Assembly: GCA_963728005.1 (NCBI GenBank)
Contig: CAVSIG010000001.1
Location: 1,184,462 to 1,248,461 of the forward strand
Origin: an uncultured Microthrixaceae bacterium
GTDB lineage: Bacteria > Actinomycetota > Acidimicrobiia > Acidimicrobiales > DATDAH01
Direction of reading: 5' to 3'
Length of the DNA stretch: 64,000 nt
Position numbers and translations under genes: made by a program. This document shows, one piece after another, positions 1 to 10,103 of the stretch. Under the pieces are notes generated by a model, which saw only the letters and a program-made list of their open reading frames with translations, did not search any database and was not told the DNA's origin. Numbering within the stretch: the stretch's first letter is position 1; each line of letters begins with the position of its first letter.

Positions 1-37
1 CGCTCCTGCGACGCCGGCCGCTGACGGGGCACCGGCC

Positions 38-679
38 GTGCGTCTCATGTTGGCCGACGACCACCGCATGCTCCGTGAGGGCCTGCGTCGGTCGATGACG
101 GAACAGGGGTTCAGCGTGGTCGGTGAGGCCGCCGACGGTGCCCAGGCCGTCGAGCTCGCCCACCGGCTGCAGCCCGACGTCGTCCTGATGGACGTGACCA
201 TGCCCGAGCTGGACGGCGTGGGGGCGACCCGGGAGATCCGTGCGTCGCTGCCCAACGTCCGGGTCGTCATGCTGACCATGCACGCCGACGAGGACGTCCT
301 GGCCTCGGCCATCCGGGCCGGTGCGTCGGGCTACCTGGTCAAGGACTGCTCGACCCGCGAGATCGCCGAGGCCGTCCGCATGGCCGCCTCCGGCGAGACG
401 ATCATCTCCCCCAACCTCGCCGCCTCGATGCTGAACGAGGTCCGCAAGCTCGACGAGCCCGACACCGCCGACGAGCAGCGGGTGGTCACCCGCCGCGAGG
501 AAGAGGTCCTCCAGCTGATCGCCAACGGCTGCAGCACCCCTGAGGTGGCCGAGCAGCTGTTCATCAGCCACAAGACCGTCAAGAACCACCTGGCGTCGAT
601 CTACCAGAAGCTCGACGCCCGGGACCGCACACAGGCCGTCCTCCAGGCCGTGCGGATGGGCATCGTCCACCTGGACTGA
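38..679 (+). CDS. Two-component response regulator, NarL/FixJ (LuxR HTH) family
   Basis: N-terminal receiver motifs (DD..ML, LMDVTMP, VVMLT..) and C-terminal LuxR HTH (EEVLQLIANGCSTPEVAEQLFISHKTVKNH); GTG start at 38. Confidence 0.85.
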   Translation: MRLMLADDHRMLREGLRRSMTEQGFSVVGEAADGAQAVELAHRLQPDVVLMDVTMPELDGVGATREIRASLPNVRVVMLTMHADEDVLASAIRAGASGYLVKDCSTREIAEAVRMAASGETIISPNLAASMLNEVRKLDEPDTADEQRVVTRREEEVLQLIANGCSTPEVAEQLFISHKTVKNHLASIYQKLDARDRTQAVLQAVRMGIVHLD

Positions 680-682
680 GCC

Positions 683-1408
683 CTACTCCAGGGGCAGCTG
701 CGGCTCCTCTGTCGGTCTCCGGACCGGGTCAGGCGGGTGGAGGCCCTGCAACTCGACGACCCACCGCCGGATCTCCTCCGACCTCATGTAGCGCGTCGTC
801 GTCCCGTCCCTGGTGGGCGCCCGGTGGTCGACCAGGTGGATGCGCCCCGGCACCGCGGGCCCCACGACCACCACGCAGTAGCCCGTCGTCCCGTCGCCGG
901 TCGGCAGCACCTCGATCGACAGGTCGACCGGCGGGTCGATGTTCCGGTTGATCTGCTCGAAGCGCTCCCGGAGACCGTCCAGCTCGATCGGCACGGCGTC
1001 GGTCGCCCGGGAGAGGTCGTCCTCCTCGATCCCGTAGACCACCGCTCCCCCGCCGGCGTTGGCCACCGCCGCCCACGGCTTCGCCGTCGTCCCCGACCCG
1101 TCGGGCCGGCGCTTGAACTCGAGGTGAGCCGTCTCGAACGTCCGCTGCGTGACGAGTCGCTCGACCCGCTCGAGCGTCCAGTTCTCGCGCTGGTGCCGGA
1201 GCTCGACGTCGAGGGCGTTCATGGCCACGTACGACGGTTGCCGGCTGCCGAACAGCCGGCGCACGTGGCGGAACATCCGGTCGCTCGGCGGCGGGAGGCC
1301 CTGGGCCTGGCAGATCGTGCAGAAGTCCTCGAACGCGATCGGCTGGTTCAGGCCGCGGTACACGTCGAGGTAGCTGGGTCCCAGTGCCTCGGCCGCACTC
1401 CTCGCCAC
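683..1408 (-). CDS. AlbA_2 (Schlafen-like putative DNA-binding) domain protein, short form
   Basis: Motif ETAHLEFKRRPDGSG...KPWAAVANAGGGAVVYGIEED resembles PF04326 AlbA_2 core; lacks the C-terminal HATPase/HTH of full-length family members. Confidence 0.45.
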   Translation of the reverse strand: MARSAAEALGPSYLDVYRGLNQPIAFEDFCTICQAQGLPPPSDRMFRHVRRLFGSRQPSYVAMNALDVELRHQRENWTLERVERLVTQRTFETAHLEFKRRPDGSGTTAKPWAAVANAGGGAVVYGIEEDDLSRATDAVPIELDGLRERFEQINRNIDPPVDLSIEVLPTGDGTTGYCVVVVGPAVPGRIHLVDHRAPTRDGTTTRYMRSEEIRRWVVELQGLHPPDPVRRPTEEPQLPLE

Positions 1409-1518
1409 AGCCGGACGGTAGCGGTCACACCCCCCTGCACGCCCGTCCCCACCCGTGTCCGGACGCGACGGTGGGGCGCCCCCCGGAGGGACGCCCCGCC
1501 GTCAGATCCGCGCGGCCG

Positions 1519-1704
1519 TCAGGGGCCGACGATGGAGTCAGCGCTGCTGTTCACGCTGCCGGCGTTGTTGCTGCCGAAATAGGAGATCGCGGTGATGCAC
1601 ACGAAGGCGATCAGGGCGACCATCATGCAGTACTCCACCAGGCTGGCTGCCCGATCACCACGCCGGCGTCGGCCGGGTGGTGGATGGCTTCGGGTCGAGT
1701 TCAT
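1519..1704 (-). CDS. flp: Flp/Fap family type IVb prepilin
   Basis: 61 aa; Arg-rich leader then G/..LVEY + hydrophobic helix (LVEYCMMVALIAFVCITAI) typical of Flp pilins; first gene downstream of the tad genes. Confidence 0.75.
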   Translation of the reverse strand: MNSTRSHPPPGRRRRGDRAASLVEYCMMVALIAFVCITAISYFGSNNAGSVNSSADSIVGP

Positions 1705-1806
1705 CGGTTCTCCTCGGTTTGTCCTGGAGCCCCCGCCCGGCGGCCGATTGGGTGCTCCTTCTGAACATCGGCACGTCGAGGGGGTCAGCCATATAGGCCG
1801 AAAGCA

Positions 1807-3255
1807 TCACTCGGGCACCGCGACCAGCCACGTGTCATCTCGGTACACGACGTTCCAGTCGTCCGAGGCCAGGATCAGCGGGTGGAGATCACTGCTCTCG
1901 TCCCACAGGACGGCGGTGGCGTCCCAGCGCTCGAGCACCTGCTCCCAGCCGTCGTCACCGTGGTTCAGCGTGACGTAGTCCCGTACGAGGTCGATGGGGA
2001 ACATGTCGTAGCGGTCGTCGATGAAGACCGGGACCTCGGTGCCCGATCGGGCCTCGAGGAAGTTGCCGGCGAAGTCGCGGGCGACGACGCGGGAGTCGGG
2101 CGTGAGCAGGTCGTGATCCTCCATCCAGAAGACCGCCTCCTCGGGGTAGCCGACCAGGTCGGTGTCCGGGCCCTGCAGCGAGCCGACGGCGGCCAGGCCG
2201 GCCACGATCACGACGGCCAGAGCGGCCAGGCCGAGCACGGGCTTCGGCTCGCGGCCCGCGTCCTGGCCGATGCCCTTCAGGGCGGGAGCCATGGCCGCCA
2301 TCAGGACGATGCTGGCGGGACCCACGTTGCGGGCGCCGATCACGGCGGCGCCGACGAAGACCACGGCGGGGACGATCGAGCGCCAGCTGCGGTGGCGGAC
2401 GAACAGGAGGGCGGCGACCACCGCCATGCCGACCAGGATCTGCGGGCCCAGCTCGGCGTAGTCGGGAGCCTGCCACTCCTTGACGGTGGACAGCGCCTCG
2501 GAGCGGCCCAGGAGCTCGATCGGGAACCAGATGAGTCGGGGTCCGATGGGGTTCAGTCCGCCCACCAGGATGCCCAGGACGGACCAGCCCAGGATCTGGG
2601 CCTCGCGGCGGACGGGCTGGCGGTCCAGCCAACGGCCCACCAGGAGCGCGACGAGCAGCACCCCGCCCAGCGGGAACGAGCCATGGGTGTTCACCCAGAG
2701 GGCGAAGAGCGGGACCGCAAGCCAGGCGCGGCCGCGGCCGTCGGCCAGCAGGTGGACGGCCGCCAGGCCGACCAGGCCGAAGAGCATCGGGCGCTCGCTC
2801 CACGCCTCGGAGCCGATGACCAGCACCGGCAGGGCCAGGCCCAGGCGGGTGACCGCGGCATGGGCGGGCTCCGTCAGGCGCCAGACCAGGAAGGCCAGGA
2901 CCGCGGTGGTCAGACCGATCAGCAGACGGATGCCGACCAGGCCGGCCAGGTCCTCCATCCCCGCGTAGGCGACCGAGGCCAGCCAGCTCTGCACGGTCCA
3001 GGGCTCGCCGTGGGCCGTCCAGCTGTAGGGATCGGCCGTGGGGACCGAGCCACCGTCCAGGATCAGCCGACCGGTGGCCAGATGGGTCAGGAAGCTGTTG
3101 TCCCGCAGGGGCTGGAGCCCGATGAACAGCCCGGCGACGGTGACCACCAGGCCGCACACTCCGGCCAGCGAGATCCCCCGGAGACGGGTCGAGCCCTGTG
3201 AGGGCGCGACCGTCTCGGCGTCGGAGACCGACGGTGCGGTCAGCGTGTCGGCCAT
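1807..3255 (-). CDS. Polytopic integral membrane protein with ~130-aa C-terminal soluble domain, embedded in tad operon (possible glycosyltransferase/ligase-like; function unknown)
   Basis: 482 aa, >10 predicted hydrophobic helices, between tadC and flp on same strand. Confidence 0.5.
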   Translation of the reverse strand: MADTLTAPSVSDAETVAPSQGSTRLRGISLAGVCGLVVTVAGLFIGLQPLRDNSFLTHLATGRLILDGGSVPTADPYSWTAHGEPWTVQSWLASVAYAGMEDLAGLVGIRLLIGLTTAVLAFLVWRLTEPAHAAVTRLGLALPVLVIGSEAWSERPMLFGLVGLAAVHLLADGRGRAWLAVPLFALWVNTHGSFPLGGVLLVALLVGRWLDRQPVRREAQILGWSVLGILVGGLNPIGPRLIWFPIELLGRSEALSTVKEWQAPDYAELGPQILVGMAVVAALLFVRHRSWRSIVPAVVFVGAAVIGARNVGPASIVLMAAMAPALKGIGQDAGREPKPVLGLAALAVVIVAGLAAVGSLQGPDTDLVGYPEEAVFWMEDHDLLTPDSRVVARDFAGNFLEARSGTEVPVFIDDRYDMFPIDLVRDYVTLNHGDDGWEQVLERWDATAVLWDESSDLHPLILASDDWNVVYRDDTWLVAVPE

Positions 3256-3269
3256 CGCCCTTGGGTGGG

Positions 3270-4181
3270 TCAGAAGTTCCGGGAGATGTTGATCATGGCC
3301 GGACCGAGGACGACCACGAACAGGGCCGGGAAGATGCAGAACACCATCGGGATCAGCATCTTGACCGGGGCCTTCTGGGCCCGCTCCTGGGCCAGCTGGC
3401 GGCGCTTGATCCGCATCTCGTCGGCCTGGGCCCGCAGGACCCGACCGATGGAGACGCCGAAGGCGTCGGCCTGGAGGATGGCCAGGACGAACGAGCGGAT
3501 CTCCGGCACGTTGGTCCGCTGCTCCATGGCTCGCATGGCGTCGGCCCGGGAGGAGCCGGCCCGGAGCTCGCCCAGCATCCGGGAGAACTCGTCGGACAGG
3601 GGCCCGGGGACCGAACTGACGGTGCGGTCGACGGCCTGCTCGAAGCCGAGGCCGGCCTCGACCGAGATGGTCAGCAGGTCGAGGATGTCCGGCAGCTTGC
3701 GCTGCATGATCTGCTGCCGCTCCTCGACCCGCCGGTTCAGGATCGAGTCCGGGCCCAGGGCCAGCACGGCCCCGCCCAGGCCCAGGAGCCCGAGGCGCAG
3801 GATGCCGGTCACCGGCAGGAAGGCCGTGACGATGACGAACCAGAACGGGATCGCCACGACGGTGACGACGCGGATGGCCAGGAAGCGGTCCACGCCGTCG
3901 GCGCTGATGCGGCCGGCGTAGATGAACTTCTTGCGGACCTGGTCGACGTAGCCGACCGGGGTGAAGCGCCCGCCGAGGGCGGTGAGGCCACCCAGGACCG
4001 GAAGGAGCGCACGCTGGTACAGCGGGATCAGGAGCTCCTGATCCCGGACGTCCTGGACCTCGTAGCCCTCGAGCTGGCGCAGCGAGGAGCGGACGACGGC
4101 CTTCTCCTCGGCGTCGCTGAGGAGCGTGTAGACGACGAAACCGACGACGCCGGCGATGAGCGCTAGAGCGATGAAGAGCAT
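3270..4181 (-). CDS. tadC: Tight-adherence protein TadC (type II secretion system F family)
   Basis: 303 aa, N- and C-terminal TM helices flanking cytoplasmic GspF-like domain; position after tadB. Confidence 0.85.
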   Translation of the reverse strand: MLFIALALIAGVVGFVVYTLLSDAEEKAVVRSSLRQLEGYEVQDVRDQELLIPLYQRALLPVLGGLTALGGRFTPVGYVDQVRKKFIYAGRISADGVDRFLAIRVVTVVAIPFWFVIVTAFLPVTGILRLGLLGLGGAVLALGPDSILNRRVEERQQIMQRKLPDILDLLTISVEAGLGFEQAVDRTVSSVPGPLSDEFSRMLGELRAGSSRADAMRAMEQRTNVPEIRSFVLAILQADAFGVSIGRVLRAQADEMRIKRRQLAQERAQKAPVKMLIPMVFCIFPALFVVVLGPAMINISRNF

Positions 4182-4194
4182 GGTTCCAGGCCTC

Positions 4195-6173
4195 TCAGAC
4201 GTCGATCTCGATCATCTTCTTCATCCACCAGAAGCCGAAGCCGGCGAGCAGTACGGCCCCGCCGAGCATCATGTGGCCGATGGTCTCCTCGAAGAGGACG
4301 CCGATGTACTCCGGGTTGATGACCCACATGGCGGCGCCGAGGCCGATGGGCAGGAAGCCCAGGACCATGGCGGAGACCTTGCCCTCAGCGGTCAGCGCGT
4401 CGACGTCCCGGCGCAGGCGCTCGCGCTGCGTCATGGTGTCGGCGACCGTCATCAGGAGCTCGGCCAGGTTGCCGCCGACCTCGCGCTGGATGCGCGATGG
4501 CCATGACGGCCCACCGGAAGTCGGGGCTGCCCATTCGCTCGGCGGCGGCGTCGAGGGCCTCCTCGAGCGGCCGGCCCAGGCGGGACTCGGTCACGACCCG
4601 GCGCAGCTCGTAGCCGATCGGGTCCTCGACCTCGCGGGACACGGCCTCGACGCCCTGCATGAGCGAGTAGCCGGCCCGCAGCGTCCCGGACAGGAGTACG
4701 AGCATGTCGGGGAGCTGCCGGTTGAACTTCTTGAGCCGGCGCGCGCGCCTTGATGTTGACGACCATCGTCGGCAGCAGGGCGGCCAGGCCCGTGAAGATC
4801 AGGGTGCCGAAGAGGCTGCGGGTCAGCACCAGCGCCAGGAGGCCGACGACGGCGACCATGGCGCCGTAGAAGAACAGGGCCTCGGCCGCACGCAGGGGCA
4901 GGTCGGCCCGCTCCAGCTTCTCCTCCGTCTTGGTGAGGAACCCCTTGCGCTCGGCGAAGTCCTCGGTCATCTCGACGGCTCGCTGGATGAGGGCGGTGCG
5001 GGCGACGATTCCGTCGTCGTCGTCGTCGGCCGTGTCCACGAAGCCCTCGGCGTATGGCTGGAGGACGTTCGTCAGGTGGCTGTCGTCCTCCTGCGTCAGC
5101 TGGATCAGGGCGAAGGCCCCGAGGCCGGCGGCGAAGATGACGAGCAGGACGCCGCCGTACTTGGCCAGGTCGCTCTGCAGGAGCCCCTCGGAGGCCTCCT
5201 CCTGGGGCTGCGGGAAGAGATCCGACGGCTTGCTGGTGGCCGAGCCCCGGACGAACGTGGCCGCGGTCTGGCTGTCGCCGACCTGGACCTCGATGTCGGC
5301 CACGGCGCCGGCGTCGTCACCGGTCGGCGGGTCGTAGGCGAGGATGAACTGCTGGCCGATGTCGGTGGCGACCGTGGTGCCCAGCTCGTCGAGCTCCTCG
5401 GAGTCGGGCGTGGTCAGCATGCGACCACCGGCGCGCTCCACGACGTCGCCGAGGCCGGCGCTGTCGAAGCGCTCGCCCTCGAGGCCGACCACGTACAGCG
5501 GGGCGCCGGTGTTGCGCAGGGCGCCGACGGCCGTGCCCGAGTCGGCGACTGAGGCGAAGTTGCCGCTGGCGGTGATGGCGACGACCGTGGGCTGGGCGCC
5601 GACGGCGTCTTCGTCCAGCATCCCGGCGGCACCGGCGATGCCGTTCCAGAGGACGCTCTCGCCGCTGACGTGCAGGTCCTCGATGGCGTTCAGGACCCGG
5701 CCGCGGTCGCTGGTGAGGTTCCGGGCCGGGACGAAGCGGTCCGAGAAGGTGGCCAGGCCGACCTCGACGTCGGCGGGCAGCCCCTCGACGAGCGCCGTGG
5801 CGGCGTCGCGCAGGTCGGCCATGATCGCGTCGATGGCGAGGCTGGTGTCGATGGCGATGACCACCGAGCGGCGGCCACCGGCGTTGGCGATGGGGACGAC
5901 CTCGCCCACCAGGGCGCGCTCGCTGCCGTTGTCGCTGATCGTGGCGCCGGTCAGGTCGCCCTCGTCGCCCTCGTAGGCGACGGTGAGCCGGACGACGTCG
6001 CCACCGGTGGCGTCGACGGCGCGGACGGTCAGGTAGGGCCCGGCCGCTTCGTCGTCGCCTTCCTCCTGGGCGCCCGCGATGGCCGGACCGGCCAGCATGA
6101 GGCCGGTCAGCAGGAAGCCCGCCGAGGCGCGGAGCAGCCGATGGCCGCGAGACCGCGTGGGCACACCCCTCAT
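4195..6173 (-). CDS. tadB: Signal peptide + von Willebrand factor A-like domain fused to TadB (T2SS-F family); two frameshifts (~4740 and ~4480) in this assembly
   Basis: N-terminal signal peptide ([16 protein letters not shown]) and VWA-like region ([12 protein letters not shown]...) run in one frame into a TM helix and the TadB N-terminal region. The TadB middle ([26 protein letters not shown] 4385..4705) and C-terminus (ORF 4195..4452) lie in shifted frames. Confidence 0.7.
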
Positions 6174-7535
6174 CGGGCGGATCCGATCATCTGGTGGCCG
6201 CCGCTGGGCTCGGGCTGGAAGACCTCGGGCCCGAGGCGGATGCCCAGGTCCTGGAGCTTCTCGGTGAACTTGGGGCGGACGCCGGTGGCCTTGAGGTGGC
6301 CGCGGAAGCGGCCCCGCTCGTCGACGCCGGCGCTGTAGTCGAACAGGAAGACGTCCTGCAGGGTGATGACGTCACCCTCCATGCCCTGCACCTCGGTGAC
6401 GTGGGTGATGCGCCGGGTGCCGTCCCGCAGGCGGGTCAGCTGCACGATGCAGTCGAGGGCGGAGGCCATCTGCTCCCGGATGGCCCGGACGGGCAGGTCG
6501 TAGCCCGCCATCAGGGTCATCGTCTCGATTCGGGAGAGGGTGTCCCGAGGAGTGTTGGAGTGGATGGTGGTGATCGAGCCGTCGTGGCCCGTGTTCATGG
6601 CCTGGAGCATGTCCAGGGCCTCGCCGGACCGGCACTCACCGACGACGATGCGGTCGGGCCGCATGCGCAGGGCGTTCTTGACGAGGTCGCGGATGGTGAC
6701 CTGGCCCCGACCCTCGATGTTGGGCGGCCGGGCCTCCAGCGCGAGGACGTGGTCCTGGTGGAGCTGGAGCTCCTTGGCGTCCTCGATGGTGACGATGCGC
6801 TCGTCGGCGGGGATGAAGCCGGAGAGCACGTTCAGCGTGGTCGTCTTACCGGTACCGGTACCGCCGGCCACGATGATGTTCAGGCGCCCGACCACGCAGG
6901 CCTGCAGGAAGCGGGCCGAAGCGGCGTTCAGGGTGCCGAACCGGATCAGGTCGTCGATCTGGAACGGGTCCTTGGAGAACTTCCGGATGGTGAGGAAGGG
7001 CCCGCCGATGGCGAGGGGGTGGATCACCGCGTTCACGCGGGAGCCGTCGGGGAGGCGGGCGTCGACCATGGGGTTGGCCTCGTCGACGCGCCGGCCGACC
7101 TCGCTCACGATCTTGTCGATGATCCGCTTGAGGTGCTCCTCGTCGACGAAGCGCGGCATCGGTCTTCTCGAGCTTGCCGGAGCGCTCGATGTAGACCGAG
7201 TGCGGGCCGTTGACCATGACCTCGGTGAGCTCCTCGTCGTTGAGGAGCCGGTCGATCGGGCCGTAGCCCAGGATGTCGTCGGAGACGTCCTGGATCAGCT
7301 GGGCCTTGTCGGCCGCGGACAGCGGTGCCCGCTCCTGGGCCAGGGCCGCGTGAAGCTGCTCGTGGACGCGACGCCGGAGGTCCTCCTCGGAGATCCGCTT
7401 GTCGTAGAGGATCGGACCCAGCTCGTCGATCAGGACGTGGTGGATCTTGTGCCGCAGCTCGTCCAGCACGGGGTCCCGGGGACCGGTCTGGCCGGTGGCG
7501 GCTCCCCCGTCCTGTAGACGCTTGTACAGCGACAT
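6170..7535 (-). CDS. cpaF: Flp pilus assembly ATPase CpaF/TadA; frameshift near 7160
   Basis: N-terminal part (ORF 6846..7535, ...[21 protein letters not shown]) and ATPase core (ORF 6170..7159: Walker [33 protein letters not shown]) in two frames. Confidence 0.85.
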
Positions 7536-7561
7536 CAGCTCTCTCCTCGGCGGTAGACCGG

Positions 7562-8911
7562 TCAGCGACCGGCGGTCTCACTGATCAGGAAGGTGTCGGC
7601 CAGCTGCTCGATGGCCCGGGTCACGGCCGCCTTCGGGGCGGCGAGGACGACCGGCATGCCCTTGTTGACGGACTGGGGCACGACGACGTCGCTGGGGATG
7701 AGCGCGTCGGCCTTGACCTGCAGGGTCTTCTCGACCTCACTGACGTCGAGCTTCACCTTCGAGTTGGCCCGGTTCAGCACCAGGCGCAGCTTGGACATCG
7801 GGGTGTTGAGGAGCCGCAGGGTCTGCAGCCCGATCTTCACGTTCTTGATGTTGGGGATGTCCATACCGGCGACCAGCAGGACGTCGTCGCTCACCTCGAT
7901 GAGGCCGAGGACCACGTCGTTGAAGTAGGCCGGGGTGTCGATCACCACGTGGCTGCAGAAGGTCCGCAGCACCTCGATGATGCGGACCATCTCCTCGCCG
8001 CGGATCTGATCGGCGAACGCGGGCTCGAGCGGAGCGGGCAGGACCAGGAGGCCGGACGGCTCGTGCTCGACCAGAAGGCTCTGGAGCATGTTGGCGTCCA
8101 TCCGGTCGATGGAGCCGACGGCGTCGACGATCGTGTGCTGGGGAGCCAGCTTGAGCATCACGGCCACGTCGCCGAACTGGAGGTCGGCGTCGACGAGGGC
8201 GACGGGGCGCGCACTCTTCTTGGCCAGGTGGACGGCGACGTTGCAGGCGATGATCGACTTGCCCGCCCCACCCTTGGTGGAGAAGACGGTGATGACCTGA
8301 CCGTTGACGCCGGGCTCCGTCACGCCACCGATGGCGCCGGGGTCCATGGTCGTCGGCGCGTTGGCGGCGGCGCCGGGCGACAGCATGTCGCCGACCCGCT
8401 TGACGGTGACGGACAGCTGCGAGAGGTCCTGGAGCGGCAGCACGTCGCGCACGCCGGCCCGCAGCGCCTGCTGCAGGACGTCCGTCGTGAGCTGCTCGGC
8501 GATGAGGATGGCGCCGACCTCCGGCCGGGGCCGGGTCAGTCGCTCGACCACGACCAGCTGGTCGGGCGAGGCCATCGACGGGCCGAGGACCACGACCAGC
8601 GGGGTCCCGTTGAGCTTGGCGGCCAGGGCCTCGATGGAGGGGAACGGCACGGCGTGGGAGCCGAGCTGCATGGCCAGCTGCGTGCGGGCCGTCTCGTCCG
8701 CGTCAACCGTGGCCAGAGGCAGGTGCCTCAGGTCCGGCGCCGAGCCCAGGGCGTCGTAGCCCCCCGAGACCGAAGAGACGGGTTGGCCCCCGAACGACTC
8801 CTCACCCGGGTACCCGCTGGGCACCGACACCCCGATGGGCGCCAGCTCCACGCCCGCGGATCCACCGAAGGAATCGGTGTCACCGAGGGGGTCAGAGAAC
8901 AGGTTGCTCAT
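7562..8911 (-). CDS. cpaE: Flp pilus assembly protein CpaE/TadZ (receiver-like N-domain + MinD/ParA-like ATPase)
   Basis: 449 aa; deviant Walker A (FSTKGGAGKS) and MinD-like fold, Ser/Gly-rich N-terminus; intact. Confidence 0.85.
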   Translation of the reverse strand: MSNLFSDPLGDTDSFGGSAGVELAPIGVSVPSGYPGEESFGGQPVSSVSGGYDALGSAPDLRHLPLATVDADETARTQLAMQLGSHAVPFPSIEALAAKLNGTPLVVVLGPSMASPDQLVVVERLTRPRPEVGAILIAEQLTTDVLQQALRAGVRDVLPLQDLSQLSVTVKRVGDMLSPGAAANAPTTMDPGAIGGVTEPGVNGQVITVFSTKGGAGKSIIACNVAVHLAKKSARPVALVDADLQFGDVAVMLKLAPQHTIVDAVGSIDRMDANMLQSLLVEHEPSGLLVLPAPLEPAFADQIRGEEMVRIIEVLRTFCSHVVIDTPAYFNDVVLGLIEVSDDVLLVAGMDIPNIKNVKIGLQTLRLLNTPMSKLRLVLNRANSKVKLDVSEVEKTLQVKADALIPSDVVVPQSVNKGMPVVLAAPKAAVTRAIEQLADTFLISETAGR

Positions 8912-8975
8912 GGATCAGGCTCCGGGGTGTCGAGCAGTGGTTCGGGTGGATGGTGGGACGGTGGCCGGGGGCCCG

Positions 8976-9848
8976 CTACTGCGGGCCGTCCGGGCCGTAG
9001 GGGGTGAGGGCGCCGAAGCCGGCGTCGTTCTGGGTCTCGCCAGGCAGGACCTCGAGGCTCGACATGTCGAGCTCGGGCAGCGGCTGGGCGACGTAGTCGG
9101 GACCGGTCAGGGCCAGCCGGATCGAACTGGTCGGCACGGAGGCGACGAGCTGGGCGGCCTCGAACGGGAGATCCAGCGTCAGCAGGCCACCACCGGTCGG
9201 CGCGGCCTCGGCGGCCGCGGCGGCGTCCTCACCCTCGGCGGCGGCTTGTTCGCCGGCCACCGGTGCGGTGTCCGTGCCGATGGCCAGGATCCGCACCTGC
9301 TGGTAGAGGACCCGGGCGTTCTGCGAGAAGAGCGTCTCGGGGCCGGCCTCGCCCACGATCTCGCCGTCGCCCCCGCCCTCACCGGGCACGGTGATGAGCA
9401 TGTTGACCAGGTCGCCGGGGACGAGCAGGCCGGCCACGCCTGCGGTCTGGTCGACCGAGATGGTGTAGGCGACGTGGTTGTCCTCGAGGCGCTGGGTGAC
9501 GGCCGACAACTGGGCCGACGCCGGGTCGACGAACATGCCGTCGACCAGCACCTGGTTGGCGGCCAGGTTGTTCAGGGCCACCTTCCCGGAGATCTGGTCG
9601 AGGTCGGTGATCCGGGTCGCGGGGAGGAACTCACGAGCGATCTCGTCCTCCACGACCCAGCCCTGCTCGACGGCCTGCTCACCGGGCGTGCCCTGGGCGA
9701 TGTCCGCCCGGACGACCAGCACGGGCACGCGCTCAGCGTTCCCGGCCTCCCGGTCCTCGATGCCGTTGACGTACTTCAGCACGACGAATGCGGCGATGCA
9801 GCCCACCGCGATTGCCGCGATCAGGATCATTGTGCGTCTAGAGCTCAC
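8976..9848 (-). CDS. cpaB: Flp pilus assembly protein CpaB/RcpC (SAF domain)
   Basis: 290 aa; N-terminal TM anchor then SAF/RcpC-like region; first gene of tad operon; GTG start. Confidence 0.85.
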   Translation of the reverse strand: MSSRRTMILIAAIAVGCIAAFVVLKYVNGIEDREAGNAERVPVLVVRADIAQGTPGEQAVEQGWVVEDEIAREFLPATRITDLDQISGKVALNNLAANQVLVDGMFVDPASAQLSAVTQRLEDNHVAYTISVDQTAGVAGLLVPGDLVNMLITVPGEGGGDGEIVGEAGPETLFSQNARVLYQQVRILAIGTDTAPVAGEQAAAEGEDAAAAAEAAPTGGGLLTLDLPFEAAQLVASVPTSSIRLALTGPDYVAQPLPELDMSSLEVLPGETQNDAGFGALTPYGPDGPQ

Positions 9849-9937
9849 GTCGACCTCTTTGGTGATGCGCCTGGCGCCGGGGGGTCCGGCGGTGTCCGTC
9901 TCTAGGTCGGCCGAACCAGTGCCCGCCTTAGCGCTTT

Positions 9938-9964
9938 CGTTTCGAAGGGGGACCCTTCGAAACG
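9938..9964. terminator. Perfect 12-bp stem hairpin (CGTTTCGAAGGG gga CCCTTCGAAACG) between rpsA and cpaB
   Basis: Seen directly; no U-tract, so I-shaped/actinobacterial-type terminator or regulatory site. Confidence 0.35.
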
Positions 9965-9998
9965 AGCTGCGCGGCAGCGCGGGCTGCTCGGTCGTGCC

Positions 9999-10018
9999 GG
10001 GCCGGCCAAGCCCGGCCC
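9999..10018. terminator. GC-rich hairpin GGGCCGG-ccaagc-CCGGCCC downstream of rpsA; near-identical copy at 12638..12656
   Basis: Seen directly; palindromic; followed by TTTGCGGTT on + strand. Confidence 0.35.
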
Positions 10019-10103
10019 TTTGCGGTTACGTCAACCGCACGGAAAACGGCGAACGCCACCCGCCGGAGCGGGTGGCGTTGCGCTGGTCGGATCGTCGGCG
10101 GCG

